Source: Pseudomonadota bacterium
GTDB lineage: Bacteria > Pseudomonadota > Gammaproteobacteria > Burkholderiales > JABEVD01
NCBI GenBank assembly: GCA_021806605.1
Contig: JAJZQY010000003.1
Location: 41,412 to 105,411, forward strand
Length of the DNA: 64,000 nucleotides
Direction of reading: 5' to 3'
This document shows positions 41,335 to 54,711 of this stretch, piece by piece; within the stretch, counting starts at the first letter, position 1; each line of letters starts with the position of its first letter. The translations under genes were made by a program, and so were the position numbers. Under the pieces are notes generated by a model. It had not been told where the DNA came from, searched no databases, and saw nothing but the letters and a program-made list of their open reading frames with translations.

Positions 41335-41784
41335 CTATCTGGAGAGCCTGGTCTTGACGGCGCTTGATACTGCGCCCATGTCGGCGCGCCCCGCGAGTTT
41401 GGCCTTGAGCAGCGCCATCACCTTGCCCATGTCAGCTGGGCCGGATGCGCCCGACTCGGCAACCGCGGACTCCACCTCGCCGGCGATTTCTGAGGCATCC
41501 ATCTGCTGCGGCATGTAGGCCTGCAATACCGAAAGCTCGAACTTTTCCGCATCCGCGAGATCCGTTCTGGAAGCCGCTTCGTACTGCGAAATCGAATCGC
41601 GCCGCTGCTTGATCATCTTTTCGATGGCCGAGACCACGTCGGCGTCATTGAGCTCGCGGCGCTCGTCCACTTCCTTCTGTTTGATCGCTGCGAGAAGCAG
41701 CCTTATGGCGGAAAGGCGGGCGGCATCCCGGCTGCGCATCGCAGCCTTCATGTCCTCGGTGATCCTTTCCTTGAGGGCCATCAA
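41335..41784 (-). CDS. yqeY: GatB/YqeY domain-containing protein
   Basis: 149 aa with [17 protein letters not shown]...LSVLQAYMP. Occupies the classic position between rpsU and dnaG. Confidence 0.9.
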   Translation of the reverse strand: MMALKERITEDMKAAMRSRDAARLSAIRLLLAAIKQKEVDERRELNDADVVSAIEKMIKQRRDSISQYEAASRTDLADAEKFELSVLQAYMPQQMDASEIAGEVESAVAESGASGPADMGKVMALLKAKLAGRADMGAVSSAVKTRLSR

Positions 41785-41993
41785 TACAGCTTGGGGGGGA
41801 GAACCTGGTTGCGCAGTCTCTTGTAGTGGCGCTTCACTGCGGCAGCCATCTTGCGCTTGCGCTCTGCAGTCGGCTTTTCATAGAATTCGCGTGCGCGAAG
41901 TTCGGTCAGAAGACCGGTTTTTTCGATGGTGCGCTTGAAGCGGCGCATCGCGACTTCAAACGGCTCGTTTTCCTTGACCCTTACGCTCGGCAT
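41781..41993 (-). CDS. rpsU: 30S ribosomal protein S21
   Basis: [29 protein letters not shown]..., 70 aa. The track ORF is over-extended at the 5' end. Confidence 0.95.
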   Translation of the reverse strand: MPSVRVKENEPFEVAMRRFKRTIEKTGLLTELRAREFYEKPTAERKRKMAAAVKRHYKRLRNQVLPPKLY

Positions 41994-42085
41994 CGGCTGA
42001 TCCTTAATCTGAAATTGAAAACCTCGCATGATACCAGAAAGATGGTATCTTTGCATGCGAATTTCTTTAAAGCTAAACTGCCCCC

Positions 42086-43084
42086 ATGCTTGTACTCGGA
42101 ATCGAAACTTCCTGCGACGAAACCGGCGTCGCGCTTTACGACACGGACCGCGGCCTGCTCTCCCATGCGCTCCATACCCAGATCGCGATGCACGGCGAAT
42201 ACGGGGGGGTGGTGCCTGAGCTCGCCTCCCGCGACCACATCCGGCGCGTGATCCCGCTCGTCAGGGAAGTGCTCGACAAATCCGGAAGGTCGCTCCCCGA
42301 CATCGACGGCATCGCCTACACCAAGGGGCCCGGGCTCGCAGGCGCGCTGCTGGTCGGCGCTTCCGTCGGCGCATCCCTGGGGTTTGCCCTCAAAAAACCC
42401 GTGATCGGGGTGCACCACCTCGAAGGCCACCTGCTCTCCCCCTTGCTTGCAAAGCCCGCGCCGGATTTTCCCTTCGTCGCATTGCTCGTCTCGGGGGGAC
42501 ATACCCAGCTGATCCGGGTGGAGGCCATGGGGAACTATGTTCTCCTGGGCGACACCCTGGACGATGCCGCGGGGGAGGCTTTCGACAAGACGGCGAAGCT
42601 TCTTGGGCTGGGCTATCCGGGAGGCGCAGCGCTTTCGAGGCTCGCCGAGAAGGGGGACACTGCCCGCTTCCGCCTGCCCCGTCCGATGCTGGGGAGTGCC
42701 GATCTCGATTTCAGCTTCAGCGGTCTCAAGACCGCGGCGCTCACCCTCGTCAGGAGCCAGGAAGACGACGGGCAGACGCGCGCGGACATCGCCCGGGCCT
42801 TTCAGGATGCGATAGTCGAGGTGCTGGTGAAAAAATCGCTGGACGCCGTGAGGCAATGCGGCCTGTCGAGACTGGTCGTTGCGGGAGGAGTGAGCGCCAA
42901 CAGCGAACTGAGGAAAAGGCTTGCCGCCGGGGCAAGGGGCGTCGAGGTCTATTACCCCGATCTCGAATTTTGCACCGACAACGGCGCGATGATCGCTTTC
43001 GCAGGGGCGATGCGCTATCTCATGGGAGCGGCCCCGGAAAACGGGTTTTCCGTCAGGGCGAGGTGGGATCTTTTCGGCGCCTGA
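42086..43084 (+). CDS. tsaD: tRNA N6-adenosine threonylcarbamoyltransferase
   Basis: Contains [23 protein letters not shown] and SGGHT. Divergent from rpsU, as in E. coli. Confidence 0.95.
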   Translation: MLVLGIETSCDETGVALYDTDRGLLSHALHTQIAMHGEYGGVVPELASRDHIRRVIPLVREVLDKSGRSLPDIDGIAYTKGPGLAGALLVGASVGASLGFALKKPVIGVHHLEGHLLSPLLAKPAPDFPFVALLVSGGHTQLIRVEAMGNYVLLGDTLDDAAGEAFDKTAKLLGLGYPGGAALSRLAEKGDTARFRLPRPMLGSADLDFSFSGLKTAALTLVRSQEDDGQTRADIARAFQDAIVEVLVKKSLDAVRQCGLSRLVVAGGVSANSELRKRLAAGARGVEVYYPDLEFCTDNGAMIAFAGAMRYLMGAAPENGFSVRARWDLFGA

Positions 43085-43658
43085 AGGTGCCTTCCTCCCC
43101 GTTTGCCAGCTTCACGATATTGGACTTGTGGCGCCAGACCAGAAGCAGGCACATGGTGAGCACGGCGAGCGTCAGGATGTTTGCCCCCAGGAAAAAGAGG
43201 GCGTAGAGCGGGGCGAAGGTGGCCGCGGCGAGCGCAGAGAGCGAAGAGATCCGGGAGGCCAGGAATGCGACCAGCCATGTTCCCGCGACAGCCGCTCCCA
43301 GCCGGAAATCCAGCGCGAACGAGATACCGAGGGCGGTGGCGACCCCTTTTCCGCCCCTGAATTTCAGGAAGATCGGGAACAGGTGCCCGAGGAAAACCGA
43401 GAGCGCAGTCGCGGCAATCACGGCAGGGGCCTGGAAATAATGCTGGGCGAGGAGGACTGCGAATGTGCCCTTGATTCCGTCGCCGAAAAGGGTGAAGGCT
43501 GCAGCCGCCTTCTTCCCGGTTCTCAATACGTTGGTTGCGCCGGGGTTTCCCGATCCGTAGGTTCTCGGGTCGGGGAGCCTGAACAGCCGGCTCGACAGAA
43601 CCGCGAACGATACCGATCCTGCGAGGTAGGAGAAGAGAATTATCGCTATCTTGGGCAT
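43053..43658 (-). CDS. plsY: glycerol-3-phosphate acyltransferase PlsY
   Basis: From [21 protein letters not shown]...; contains [12 protein letters not shown] and FRGGKGVAT. 201 aa. Confidence 0.92.
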   Translation of the reverse strand: MPKIAIILFSYLAGSVSFAVLSSRLFRLPDPRTYGSGNPGATNVLRTGKKAAAAFTLFGDGIKGTFAVLLAQHYFQAPAVIAATALSVFLGHLFPIFLKFRGGKGVATALGISFALDFRLGAAVAGTWLVAFLASRISSLSALAAATFAPLYALFFLGANILTLAVLTMCLLLVWRHKSNIVKLANGEEGTFRRRKDPTSP

Positions 43659-43709
43659 GCCAAATATTCTAAAATGTCGAACCGCAATTCTACCTGCATT
43701 GAACCCAAA

Positions 43710-44066
43710 ATGGACGTCATCTTCATAAAGGCCCTCCGGGCGGAAACCCTGATAGGCATCTACGAATGGGAGAGAAAGATACCCCAGCCTCTCGAAATCG
43801 ATTTCGAAATCGGTCTTCCGGGAAGGGAAGAGTTGGCGAGCGACGACATAGCCGACACCATCGACTACGGCAAGGTCGTCGGCCGGGTCAGGGAAGTGCT
43901 TGCTTCCCATTCCTTCTCGCTGCTCGAATCGCTCGCGGAGCATCTCGCGCAAATCGTCCTCTCCGAATTCGGCTCGCCCTGGGTGAGGCTTTCGGTCGCC
44001 AAGATCGACGCCATGAACGGCGTGAAGCGCCTCGGCGTCAGGATGGAGCGGGCCCGGCGGCATTGA
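43710..44066 (+). CDS. folB: dihydroneopterin aldolase
   Basis: MDVIFIKALRAETLIGIYEWERKIPQPLEIDFE..., 118 aa. Divergent from plsY, as in E. coli. Confidence 0.9.
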   Translation: MDVIFIKALRAETLIGIYEWERKIPQPLEIDFEIGLPGREELASDDIADTIDYGKVVGRVREVLASHSFSLLESLAEHLAQIVLSEFGSPWVRLSVAKIDAMNGVKRLGVRMERARRH

Positions 44067-45280
44067 GCGACAACCGTTGCTTTTACCGTGACCTGCCGGC
44101 ATTGGAAAGCTTTTCCGATGCCATGCAAACCGAGGCGCATGCTGCTTTGCCGGAAGACTGGTGGATCGTGGTTGCAGATGTGGTCGGATCCACCCGGGCA
44201 ATCGAGGCGGGAAATTACAAGAAGGTCAACACCGTAGGGGTGGCCTGCATCGCATCCATGGTGAATGTCGATCGGGGCATCGATCTTCCCTTCGTGTTCG
44301 GCGGAGACGGCGCCACTTTCGCCATTCCGGGCCATCTGGTCGATCGCGCAACAGTGGCCTTGCGCGGATCGCAAAAGCTGTCGCGGGAGAGTTTCGGGCT
44401 GGGCTTGCGCATCGGCATGGTGAAGGTCGGCGATCTGGCTGGGCAGGGATTTCCGGCAAGTCTCGCCAAGGTCCGCTTGTCACCCGATGTCACCCAGGCG
44501 ACTTTCTCGGGGCGCGGCTGGCGGGAGGCAGAGCGCAGGGTCAAGTCGTCCGGTGCGGGGGTGATCATGGTGCGGGAAGAAGACGGCCCTGCGGAAGCGA
44601 ATTTCGAAGGATTCGAATGCCGGTGGCGCGAAGTGCCGAGCTTCAACGGGCATAAGCTCTCCCTGCTGGTTGCCGCAACTTCGAACGATCCTGGCGCAAC
44701 TTATCAGGAAGTTGCCGAAAGGATAAATGCCATATACGGCGATGTGGCGGATTACCATCCCTTGCGGCCCAGCCGCATGCGCCTCGCGCTGAATCCGAAA
44801 GCATTGAGCCACGAGTGGCGGGTCAGGTCGGGCAAGTCGGGTTTTTTGGGGCGAATCGGCTATTTCATCAGGATGCTGGCCATGAATCTTGCCGGCATCT
44901 ATCTTTTCAGCCGCAACCAGGATACCCGGACGACGCCATGGAGCCATTACCGCGCAGCGCTCGTCGAAAACACGGATTTCCGCAAATTCGATGGCATGCT
45001 GCGCATGGTGATCGACGGGAGCGATGCGCAGGCATCCCAGCTGGAAGCTTATCTCGAATCCCGGTACCGGGCAGGCCGGCTGGCCTACGGAATGTACAAA
45101 TCCTCCGAAGCGCTGGTGACCTGCCTAGTGCAGTCCTACGCCGGATCGCATCTGCACTTCGTCGACGGAAGCGATGGCGGTTATGCGATGGCGGCCCTCG
45201 GGCTCAAGCGGCAACTATTGCAAGCGGAGTTCGCCCGGCAAGCTAGCCCCTCGGGTGATGCTTCTCGTGCAGGGACTTGA
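44063..45280 (+). CDS. DUF3095 family protein (nucleotide-cyclase-like fold)
   Basis: Contains FYRDLPALESF, DWWIVVADVVGSTRAIEAGNYK, FVFGGDGATFAIP and HFVDGSDGGYAMAA. The only in-frame start upstream of the conserved N-terminus is TTG at 44063, which overlaps the folB stop. Confidence 0.75.
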   Translation: MSDNRCFYRDLPALESFSDAMQTEAHAALPEDWWIVVADVVGSTRAIEAGNYKKVNTVGVACIASMVNVDRGIDLPFVFGGDGATFAIPGHLVDRATVALRGSQKLSRESFGLGLRIGMVKVGDLAGQGFPASLAKVRLSPDVTQATFSGRGWREAERRVKSSGAGVIMVREEDGPAEANFEGFECRWREVPSFNGHKLSLLVAATSNDPGATYQEVAERINAIYGDVADYHPLRPSRMRLALNPKALSHEWRVRSGKSGFLGRIGYFIRMLAMNLAGIYLFSRNQDTRTTPWSHYRAALVENTDFRKFDGMLRMVIDGSDAQASQLEAYLESRYRAGRLAYGMYKSSEALVTCLVQSYAGSHLHFVDGSDGGYAMAALGLKRQLLQAEFARQASPSGDASRAGT

Positions 45281-46127
45281 GCCGCTCCCTGGCGACATGG
45301 GTATAGATCTGGGTGGTCGAGATGTCGGAGTGTCCCAGCAGAATCTGCACCACCCTGAGATCCGCACCGTGATTCAGCAGGTGCGTGGCGAAGGCATGGC
45401 GCAGGGTGTGCGGGGAGACGGGCTTCGTTATGCCCGCTCTTGCCGCGTGGCGCTTGATGAGGTGCCAGAAAGCCTGGCGGCTCATCGAGGCGCCCCTTGC
45501 CGTGACGAAAACGGCGTCGCTCTTCTTGCCTTTCAGCAAGGCGGGGCGGGAAGCCTTCAGGTAGCGGTCGATCCAGTCGAGCGCCTCCTCCCCCAAAGGC
45601 ACCAGGCGCTCCTTTCCCCCTTTTCCGCTGACCCTGACCACCCCCATGTCGAGACTCACCTGGGAAAGCCTGAGTCCCACAAGCTCGGAGACGCGCAGCC
45701 CGCTCGCATAAAGCACTTCCAGCATCGCCCTGTCCCTGAGGCCGGCGGATTCTTCGACTGCCGGGGCATGGAGGAGCTGCTCCACATCGGCTTCCGACAG
45801 GCTTTTAGGCAGGCCTCTGGCGAGCTTGGGAGAGTCGATTTCAAGGGTCGGGTCGCGGGCGATTTTGCCTCGGGCCAATGCGAATTGGAAAAAGCGCTTG
45901 AGGCTGGAGAGCTCCCGGCTGGTGGTCGAGGCTTTCCTGCCGGACTGGTGTGCGAGAAATTCGAGCAGGAGGGCGTGGTCGGCTTCCAGAAGATGCCTGC
46001 CCTGCTTTTCGAGCCACTGGGAAAGCTGCTTCAGATCGCTCCGGTAGCTCTCCAGGGTGTTCTTGGAAAGGCCGTCTTCCAGCCAGAGCGAGTCGCAGAA
46101 TTCGTCGAGAAGGTCAATCCGACTCAT
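45243..46127 (-). CDS. xerD: site-specific tyrosine recombinase XerD
   Basis: Contains WLEDGLSKNTLESYRSDL and HTLRHAFATHLLNHGADLRVVQILLGHSDISTTQIYTHV. Confidence 0.92.
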   Translation of the reverse strand: MSRIDLLDEFCDSLWLEDGLSKNTLESYRSDLKQLSQWLEKQGRHLLEADHALLLEFLAHQSGRKASTTSRELSSLKRFFQFALARGKIARDPTLEIDSPKLARGLPKSLSEADVEQLLHAPAVEESAGLRDRAMLEVLYASGLRVSELVGLRLSQVSLDMGVVRVSGKGGKERLVPLGEEALDWIDRYLKASRPALLKGKKSDAVFVTARGASMSRQAFWHLIKRHAARAGITKPVSPHTLRHAFATHLLNHGADLRVVQILLGHSDISTTQIYTHVARERLKSLHEKHHPRG

Positions 46128-46575
46128 GGTCGAGGAGCCAGCGCTTGATGGAGAGCGGCTCCCCCTCGCCGTGATGCATGAATCCGCCGAGACCGGCTCT
46201 GGAGACGACGCGGTGACAGGGAATCACGATGGGGACCGGATTCGAGCCGCATGCCTGCCCCACCGCGCGGGGAGCGGAATGGAGGTCGCGTGCGATTTCC
46301 CCGTATTGCCGGGTTCTTCCCCGGGGTATTTGCGAGATTTTCGCCCAGACTTGCTTCTGAAAAGGCGTGCCGCGCAGCTTCAGGGGGATGTCGAATGCGA
46401 ATTCCGGGTCCGAAAAATAGGCTTCCACCTGGCGGCAGAGCCTTTCCGAAACGGGGTCAGAAGGGGGGAGAAGGGAAGTGCCGGATTTCAGGAATTCGAT
46501 TCTGGCGAGGCAGCCGTCTTCGACAAGGATTCCGAGGACTCCGAAGGGGGCGGGCATCCTCGTCTCGAATTTCAT
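46114..46575 (-). CDS. ogt: methylated-DNA--protein-cysteine methyltransferase
   Basis: Active-site IPCHRVV. ATGA overlap with the upstream gene. The track ORF is over-extended at the 5' end. Confidence 0.88.
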   Translation of the reverse strand: MKFETRMPAPFGVLGILVEDGCLARIEFLKSGTSLLPPSDPVSERLCRQVEAYFSDPEFAFDIPLKLRGTPFQKQVWAKISQIPRGRTRQYGEIARDLHSAPRAVGQACGSNPVPIVIPCHRVVSRAGLGGFMHHGEGEPLSIKRWLLDHESD

Positions 46576-48041
46576 TTCGATTTTTCCGCAAGGGCTTTCG
46601 CGTCGCCGGCAAATCCGGCTTGCTTCAGGCGCTCGATGCACAGCACGTTCGCCTTCTTGGCGAGATCGTCCTTTTTCCCCATAGCCGCTTCGAAATAATA
46701 GGCGGCAGCCTGCTTCGGGTCGGTCGAAACCTGGCCGAGCAGCATCAATGCTTCGCGCTTCGCCTGTCCTTCCGTCAGGGGAAGCAGGCTGTCGAGCAGG
46801 CCTTTCGATGCAGGCGCCTTCGCGGAAACCATGTTTTCGAGCAGGGATAGGATGCTGCTGGAAGCGCCCGGGTCGAGCGTCTTCGCCCCTTTGAGATATT
46901 CGCCGAGAACGGCCGAGGCTTTCCCGGTTTGCCCCGTCTTCAGCCAGGCATGCGCAAGGTCGATGGGTTCGTCCTTTTGCAGGGCAAGCCCGTCCCAGAA
47001 CTTGACGCAGGAAGCGTAATCGCCGCTTCCAAAAGCCATTTTCCCCAGGGCATGCTTCGCCTGGGGCGAAAGATCGTGAGCGTTCGCAAACAGGCCCAGC
47101 GCGACCTTCGGTTCGTCCTTCAGGGAGTCGATGAGGCGGGAAATCGCCCTGTCTCGGGCATCCTTTTCATGGTCTGCAAGGTAGGCGAGCAGCGATCTCG
47201 CGGCATAAGGGTCGGCGATCTTGGCGATCGGGCCGAACCAGGAGCTTCCCTGCAGGAGCGCGTATCGGTTGGAAAATTCGATCGCATGGTCCTGGTAGCT
47301 CTTCCACAGTGCTTCGGGGGAAATCCTGCCCGCAGCCAGAAGCGCTTCGAGGGCCGAAATTTCGACGGAAGGGTCGAGCTTCATTTTCGATGCGGCCAGC
47401 AAGATCCCGATGTCCCCTTTCGCGGACTTGATCGCGACTCCCGGGTCGATCAGGCCCGCCTCGAGTTCAGCCCTGAGTTTCACGGGATCCCCATCGTCGA
47501 GCAGGACCAGCCAGGGGGCGGCGTCCTGGGTCATTCCCAGGGAGCGGAGCCCGTCCACGAAATCGTCCGCTTCAGCACTCGAAACGGGATGATAGTCCTG
47601 GTCGAAGCGCAGCATCGCGTAATAGGCGTTTCTGCCGTCCTTTTCCTGGATGAGGCTCTCGATGACCTGGAGCCTCGCCTGCCTCAGCTCGGTTTTGGAG
47701 AGGTTCCCCTTCCAGATCAATCGAGCAAGCCAGTCCCGGGCAAGAGCGGGCTTTTCGAGAGTGAATGCGGATTTGACTGCGAGCAGGGCATTTTCCTTGG
47801 AGAAGGGCAGCTGCTTCGCGAGATCGAGAACCTGGTCGTTTTTGCCGGTTTTGGAAAGCAGGCTGATTTCGAGCGAATTCCATTTCGGATCCGGTTTGGC
47901 CGGGGGATGATCCTGCATGAAGGCGAGGGCGAGTTCTTCCGCGCCGGCCTGCCGCATGTCCGCTGCGATTTCGTAGTCGCCCGCATGCACGCACCCGGCG
48001 AGCATCAGGAGAACGACCGGGAGGAGGCGGGAATTCAGCAT
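46572..48041 (-). CDS. alpha-helical repeat lipoprotein, function unknown
   Basis: Lipobox LLMLAGC after MLNSRLLPVV. About 490 aa of all-helical, TPR-like composition with no recognisable catalytic motif. Confidence 0.7.
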   Translation of the reverse strand: MLNSRLLPVVLLMLAGCVHAGDYEIAADMRQAGAEELALAFMQDHPPAKPDPKWNSLEISLLSKTGKNDQVLDLAKQLPFSKENALLAVKSAFTLEKPALARDWLARLIWKGNLSKTELRQARLQVIESLIQEKDGRNAYYAMLRFDQDYHPVSSAEADDFVDGLRSLGMTQDAAPWLVLLDDGDPVKLRAELEAGLIDPGVAIKSAKGDIGILLAASKMKLDPSVEISALEALLAAGRISPEALWKSYQDHAIEFSNRYALLQGSSWFGPIAKIADPYAARSLLAYLADHEKDARDRAISRLIDSLKDEPKVALGLFANAHDLSPQAKHALGKMAFGSGDYASCVKFWDGLALQKDEPIDLAHAWLKTGQTGKASAVLGEYLKGAKTLDPGASSSILSLLENMVSAKAPASKGLLDSLLPLTEGQAKREALMLLGQVSTDPKQAAAYYFEAAMGKKDDLAKKANVLCIERLKQAGFAGDAKALAEKSK

Positions 48042-48421
48042 TGCTCCCACGGCAGTCCGTCGTGGCGCCATCCGTTCAGGCTGCTTCTGCGGTGGGATTC
48101 ATCCAGGTCGCCTTCGAAGCCGTGCTGCACGTTGTATACTTCCCTGAAGCCGGCTTCCTTCAGCGCCTTCCCGGCTTCCAGGGAGCGCACCCCGCTTCTG
48201 CAGATGAGCAGAACCGGGCGGGCTTCGTTGGCGATTTTCTTCACATGCGCCACGAAGTCAGGATTGATTTCCCAGTCCGGGCCGTCGTTCCAGGGCACAT
48301 GGATGGAGCCTACGGGATGTCCGACGAAGAGGAACTCGATTTCGCTGCGCACGTCGACGAGCACCGCGTTCGGGTTGGTTTTCAGGAACTGGAAGGCTTC
48401 CTTCGGATTGAGCGATTTCAT
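48035..48421 (-). CDS. rhodanese-like domain protein
   Basis: Active-site loop LICRSGVRS. Confidence 0.88.
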   Translation of the reverse strand: MKSLNPKEAFQFLKTNPNAVLVDVRSEIEFLFVGHPVGSIHVPWNDGPDWEINPDFVAHVKKIANEARPVLLICRSGVRSLEAGKALKEAGFREVYNVQHGFEGDLDESHRRSSLNGWRHDGLPWEQC

Positions 48422-48504
48422 GATTTTCCTCGAGGGTCGTCGGAAGATTATAGCGCTCCCGGGGGTATGTTAAAATGCCGGCAGCAAAACACCTAAGGAT
48501 GTAC

Positions 48505-52171
<3,667 letters not shown>

Positions 52172-52173
<2 letters not shown>

Positions 52174-52262
52174 AAAGCCCGCGGCAGGCGCGGGCCAAAT
52201 GGAGGAGATACGGTTCGGATGCTACGCCGTCAATCTTACGGCACCATTAAGGCATGCCTTGC
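52172..52262 (-). ncRNA. candidate sibling sRNA, copy A (terminator 52172-52196)
   Basis: Minus strand: a stem-loop with a UAAGAUU loop, a single-stranded CAUCCGAACCGUAUCUCCUCC stretch, then GCCCGCG-CCUGC-CGCGGGC followed by UUUUU. It is about two-thirds identical to copy B by eye, with compensatory stem changes. The 5' end is unknown. Confidence 0.35.
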
Positions 52263-52266
52263 GGGC

Positions 52267-52365
52267 AAAAAAACACCCGCGACCAGCGCGGGTGAAAGGG
52301 GGAGGTACGGTTCGAATGATACAAGGGAAATCTTATACTCCCCTTAAGTGTCCGCATTTTGACCG
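52267..52365 (-). ncRNA. candidate sibling sRNA, copy B (terminator 52267-52294)
   Basis: Minus strand: AAGGG..UAAGAUU..CCCUU stem-loop, CAUUCGAACCGUACCUCCCCC, then CACCCGCG-CUGGU-CGCGGGUG followed by UUUUUUU. The 5' end and promoter are not identified. Confidence 0.4.
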
Positions 52366-52407
52366 GCTTGTGCGTATGACTCATAATGTCCAGTTTTCCG
52401 GCAAGGA

Positions 52408-54168
52408 TTGGGATTGACGCAAAAAACGATAGACAGCCTGACGCTGTACCGGCGACTGATGCGCTATGTCCTGCCGCACTGGAAGGCTTTCCTGATTTCG
52501 GTGGTCAGCATCGTCGTGGTCGCCGCGACAGAACCCGCCCTGCCCGCCATGATGAAGCCGATGCTCGACGGCGGATTCGTGGACAAGGACAAGACCCTCA
52601 TTCATCTCATTCCCGTCCTGATCGTTCTGCTTTTCCTGGTGAGAGGGGTGGCGAATTTCACCGGCGCCTACGCCATCAACTGGGTCGGGAACAAGCTGGT
52701 GATGGATCTCAGGGTGGACATGTTCGGCAAGCTGATCAGGCTGCCCACCGCCTATTTCGACGACCATGTCAGCGGCAACCTGATCTCGAAGCTGACCTTC
52801 GACGTCACCCAGGTGACGCTCGCGGCGACCAATGTCGTGCTGATTTCGGTGAAGGATACGCTGACCATAGCCGGACTGCTCGGCTGGCTGTTCTACCTCA
52901 ACTGGATGCTCACCCTGCTGTCTCTGGTCATGGCCCCGCTCATCGCTTTCGTGATCAGGACGCTCAGCAGGCGGCTGAGGCAGTCGAGCCGCGATACCCA
53001 GCGCGCCATGGGCGAGATCACGCAGGTCCTCGAAGAGGGAATAGAGTGCAATCCCGTGGTCAAGCTCTACGGCGGACAGGAATACGAAGCCAGGCGCTTT
53101 TTCGAGAGCGCCAACCGGGTGAGGCGGTACAACATGAAGCAGTCGGCTGCTTCGGCGGCAAACGTGCCCATCGTTCAGATGATCGCAGCCGTATCCCTTG
53201 CCGTGATCGTCTATCTCGCCATTCTCCAGTCGACTGCCGACAAGACCACCGTCGGCGGGTTCGTGTCGTTCATCATGGCGATGCTGATGCTGACCGCCCC
53301 CATGAAGCGCATCACCGGCATGAGCGAACACCTGCAGAAGGGCCTTGCGGCAGCCGAAAGCATATTCGGACTGATCGACGAGGAAGCCGAGCCTGACACC
53401 GGCAAGACCGTTCTTGAAAGTGTCAGAGGGGAGCTGGTGTTCGACGAGGTGAGCTTTTCCTACGGGGGGGAAACCAGGCTGGCGCTGGATCATTTCAGCC
53501 TGACCGTTTCTCCGGGCGAGACGCTTGCCCTCGTGGGCTCGTCGGGGAGCGGGAAGAGCACCCTTGCCAACCTGGTTCCGCGCTTCTATCATCCCACCGG
53601 GGGCAGGATTCTGCTGGACGGGCACGATATCCGCGATCTTTCGCTGGAAAGCCTGCGCGACAACATCGCCTTCGTGAGCCAGAACGTGGTGCTGTTCAAC
53701 GACACGGTCGCGGCCAACATCGCCTACGGCAAGATGGGCGGAGCGAGCCGGGAGGAAATCGAGGCGGCGGCAAGGGCGGCCCATGCGCTGGATTTCATCG
53801 CGGAAATGCCGCAAAAAATGGATACCCTGATCGGCGAGAACGGCGTGAAGTTGTCAGGCGGCCAGCGCCAGCGGCTCGGCATCGCGCGCGCGTTGCTCAA
53901 GGATGCGCCTGTCCTGATCCTGGACGAGGCGACGTCCGCGCTCGATTCGGAGTCGGAAAAGCATGTCCAGGCTGCGCTGGAGACCTTGATGCAGGGCCGC
54001 ACCACGATAGTCATCGCTCACCGGCTTTCGACCATAGAAAATGCCGACAGGATCGTGGTGATGCAGAAGGGCAAAATCGTGGAGGTCGGCAGGCACGCAG
54101 AACTGCTCGAAATGGACGGCATCTATGCCAGGCTCTACCGGATACAATACGAATCCCCGAGGGGGTGA
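52408..54168 (+). CDS. msbA: lipid A export ABC transporter MsbA
   Basis: Six-TM ABC exporter domain plus an NBD (GSSGSGKST, LSGGQRQR, LILDEATSALD). TTG start at 52408 or 52414. Confidence 0.93.
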   Translation: MGLTQKTIDSLTLYRRLMRYVLPHWKAFLISVVSIVVVAATEPALPAMMKPMLDGGFVDKDKTLIHLIPVLIVLLFLVRGVANFTGAYAINWVGNKLVMDLRVDMFGKLIRLPTAYFDDHVSGNLISKLTFDVTQVTLAATNVVLISVKDTLTIAGLLGWLFYLNWMLTLLSLVMAPLIAFVIRTLSRRLRQSSRDTQRAMGEITQVLEEGIECNPVVKLYGGQEYEARRFFESANRVRRYNMKQSAASAANVPIVQMIAAVSLAVIVYLAILQSTADKTTVGGFVSFIMAMLMLTAPMKRITGMSEHLQKGLAAAESIFGLIDEEAEPDTGKTVLESVRGELVFDEVSFSYGGETRLALDHFSLTVSPGETLALVGSSGSGKSTLANLVPRFYHPTGGRILLDGHDIRDLSLESLRDNIAFVSQNVVLFNDTVAANIAYGKMGGASREEIEAAARAAHALDFIAEMPQKMDTLIGENGVKLSGGQRQRLGIARALLKDAPVLILDEATSALDSESEKHVQAALETLMQGRTTIVIAHRLSTIENADRIVVMQKGKIVEVGRHAELLEMDGIYARLYRIQYESPRG

Positions 54169-54171
54169 CAG

Positions 54172-54711
54172 ATGAAGCTGCTTGAGAGGCTTTTCGAGGC
54201 GGCGCTGTGGCGCAGCCGCCATGTCGTGATCTTTGCCGTGGTGGCGAGCATGGCCGCGGGTTTTGCCATGTTCTACATGGCGACCGTGGACGTCGTCTAT
54301 CTCGTCGCGCATATCGTCCACTATGCCGACCCGGACATGACCGTGGCTGCGAGGAAGGCATTGCACGAGGACACCATCACCCACATCGTCGAAGTGGTGG
54401 ACGGCTATCTCCTCGCCACCGTGATGCTGATTTTCTCGCTGGGGCTCTACGAGCTTTTCATCAGCGACATCGACGAGGCGAAGGGAGAGGCGCGATCGAG
54501 CCGGATACTCGTGATCGAGAGCCTGGACGACTTGAAGGCGAGGCTCGCCAAGGTGATCCTGATGATTCTGATCGTGACGCTCTTCAAGGAGGCGATCAAG
54601 GTCGAAATCGGGACGCCCCTCGATCTGCTCTACCTGGGCGGCGCCATCGCGCTGGTGGGGCTCGCCCTCTATTTTTCGCATGCGTCCGAATCCCCGAAGG
54701 GGGAGCACTGA
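54172..54711 (+). CDS. yqhA: YqhA family (UPF0114) membrane protein
   Basis: MKLLERLFEAALWRSRH...VVDGYLLATVMLIFSLGLYELFIS. Starts 3 nt after msbA. Confidence 0.85.
   Translation: MKLLERLFEAALWRSRHVVIFAVVASMAAGFAMFYMATVDVVYLVAHIVHYADPDMTVAARKALHEDTITHIVEVVDGYLLATVMLIFSLGLYELFISDIDEAKGEARSSRILVIESLDDLKARLAKVILMILIVTLFKEAIKVEIGTPLDLLYLGGAIALVGLALYFSHASESPKGEH

Noticed and set aside
45243-46127. Phage or ICE integrase
   Set aside because: The N-terminal WLEDGLS..NTL.SY motif and the C-terminal catalytic region match housekeeping XerD. It is embedded in a core operon with no mobile-element genes around.
52199-52417. 72-aa ORF in the metH-msbA spacer
   Set aside because: It simply reads through both repeat units and both terminator hairpins and ends inside the msbA start region. 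The repeat structure and compensatory stem changes are better explained at the RNA level. The shorter mini-ORF alternative is noted in the finding.
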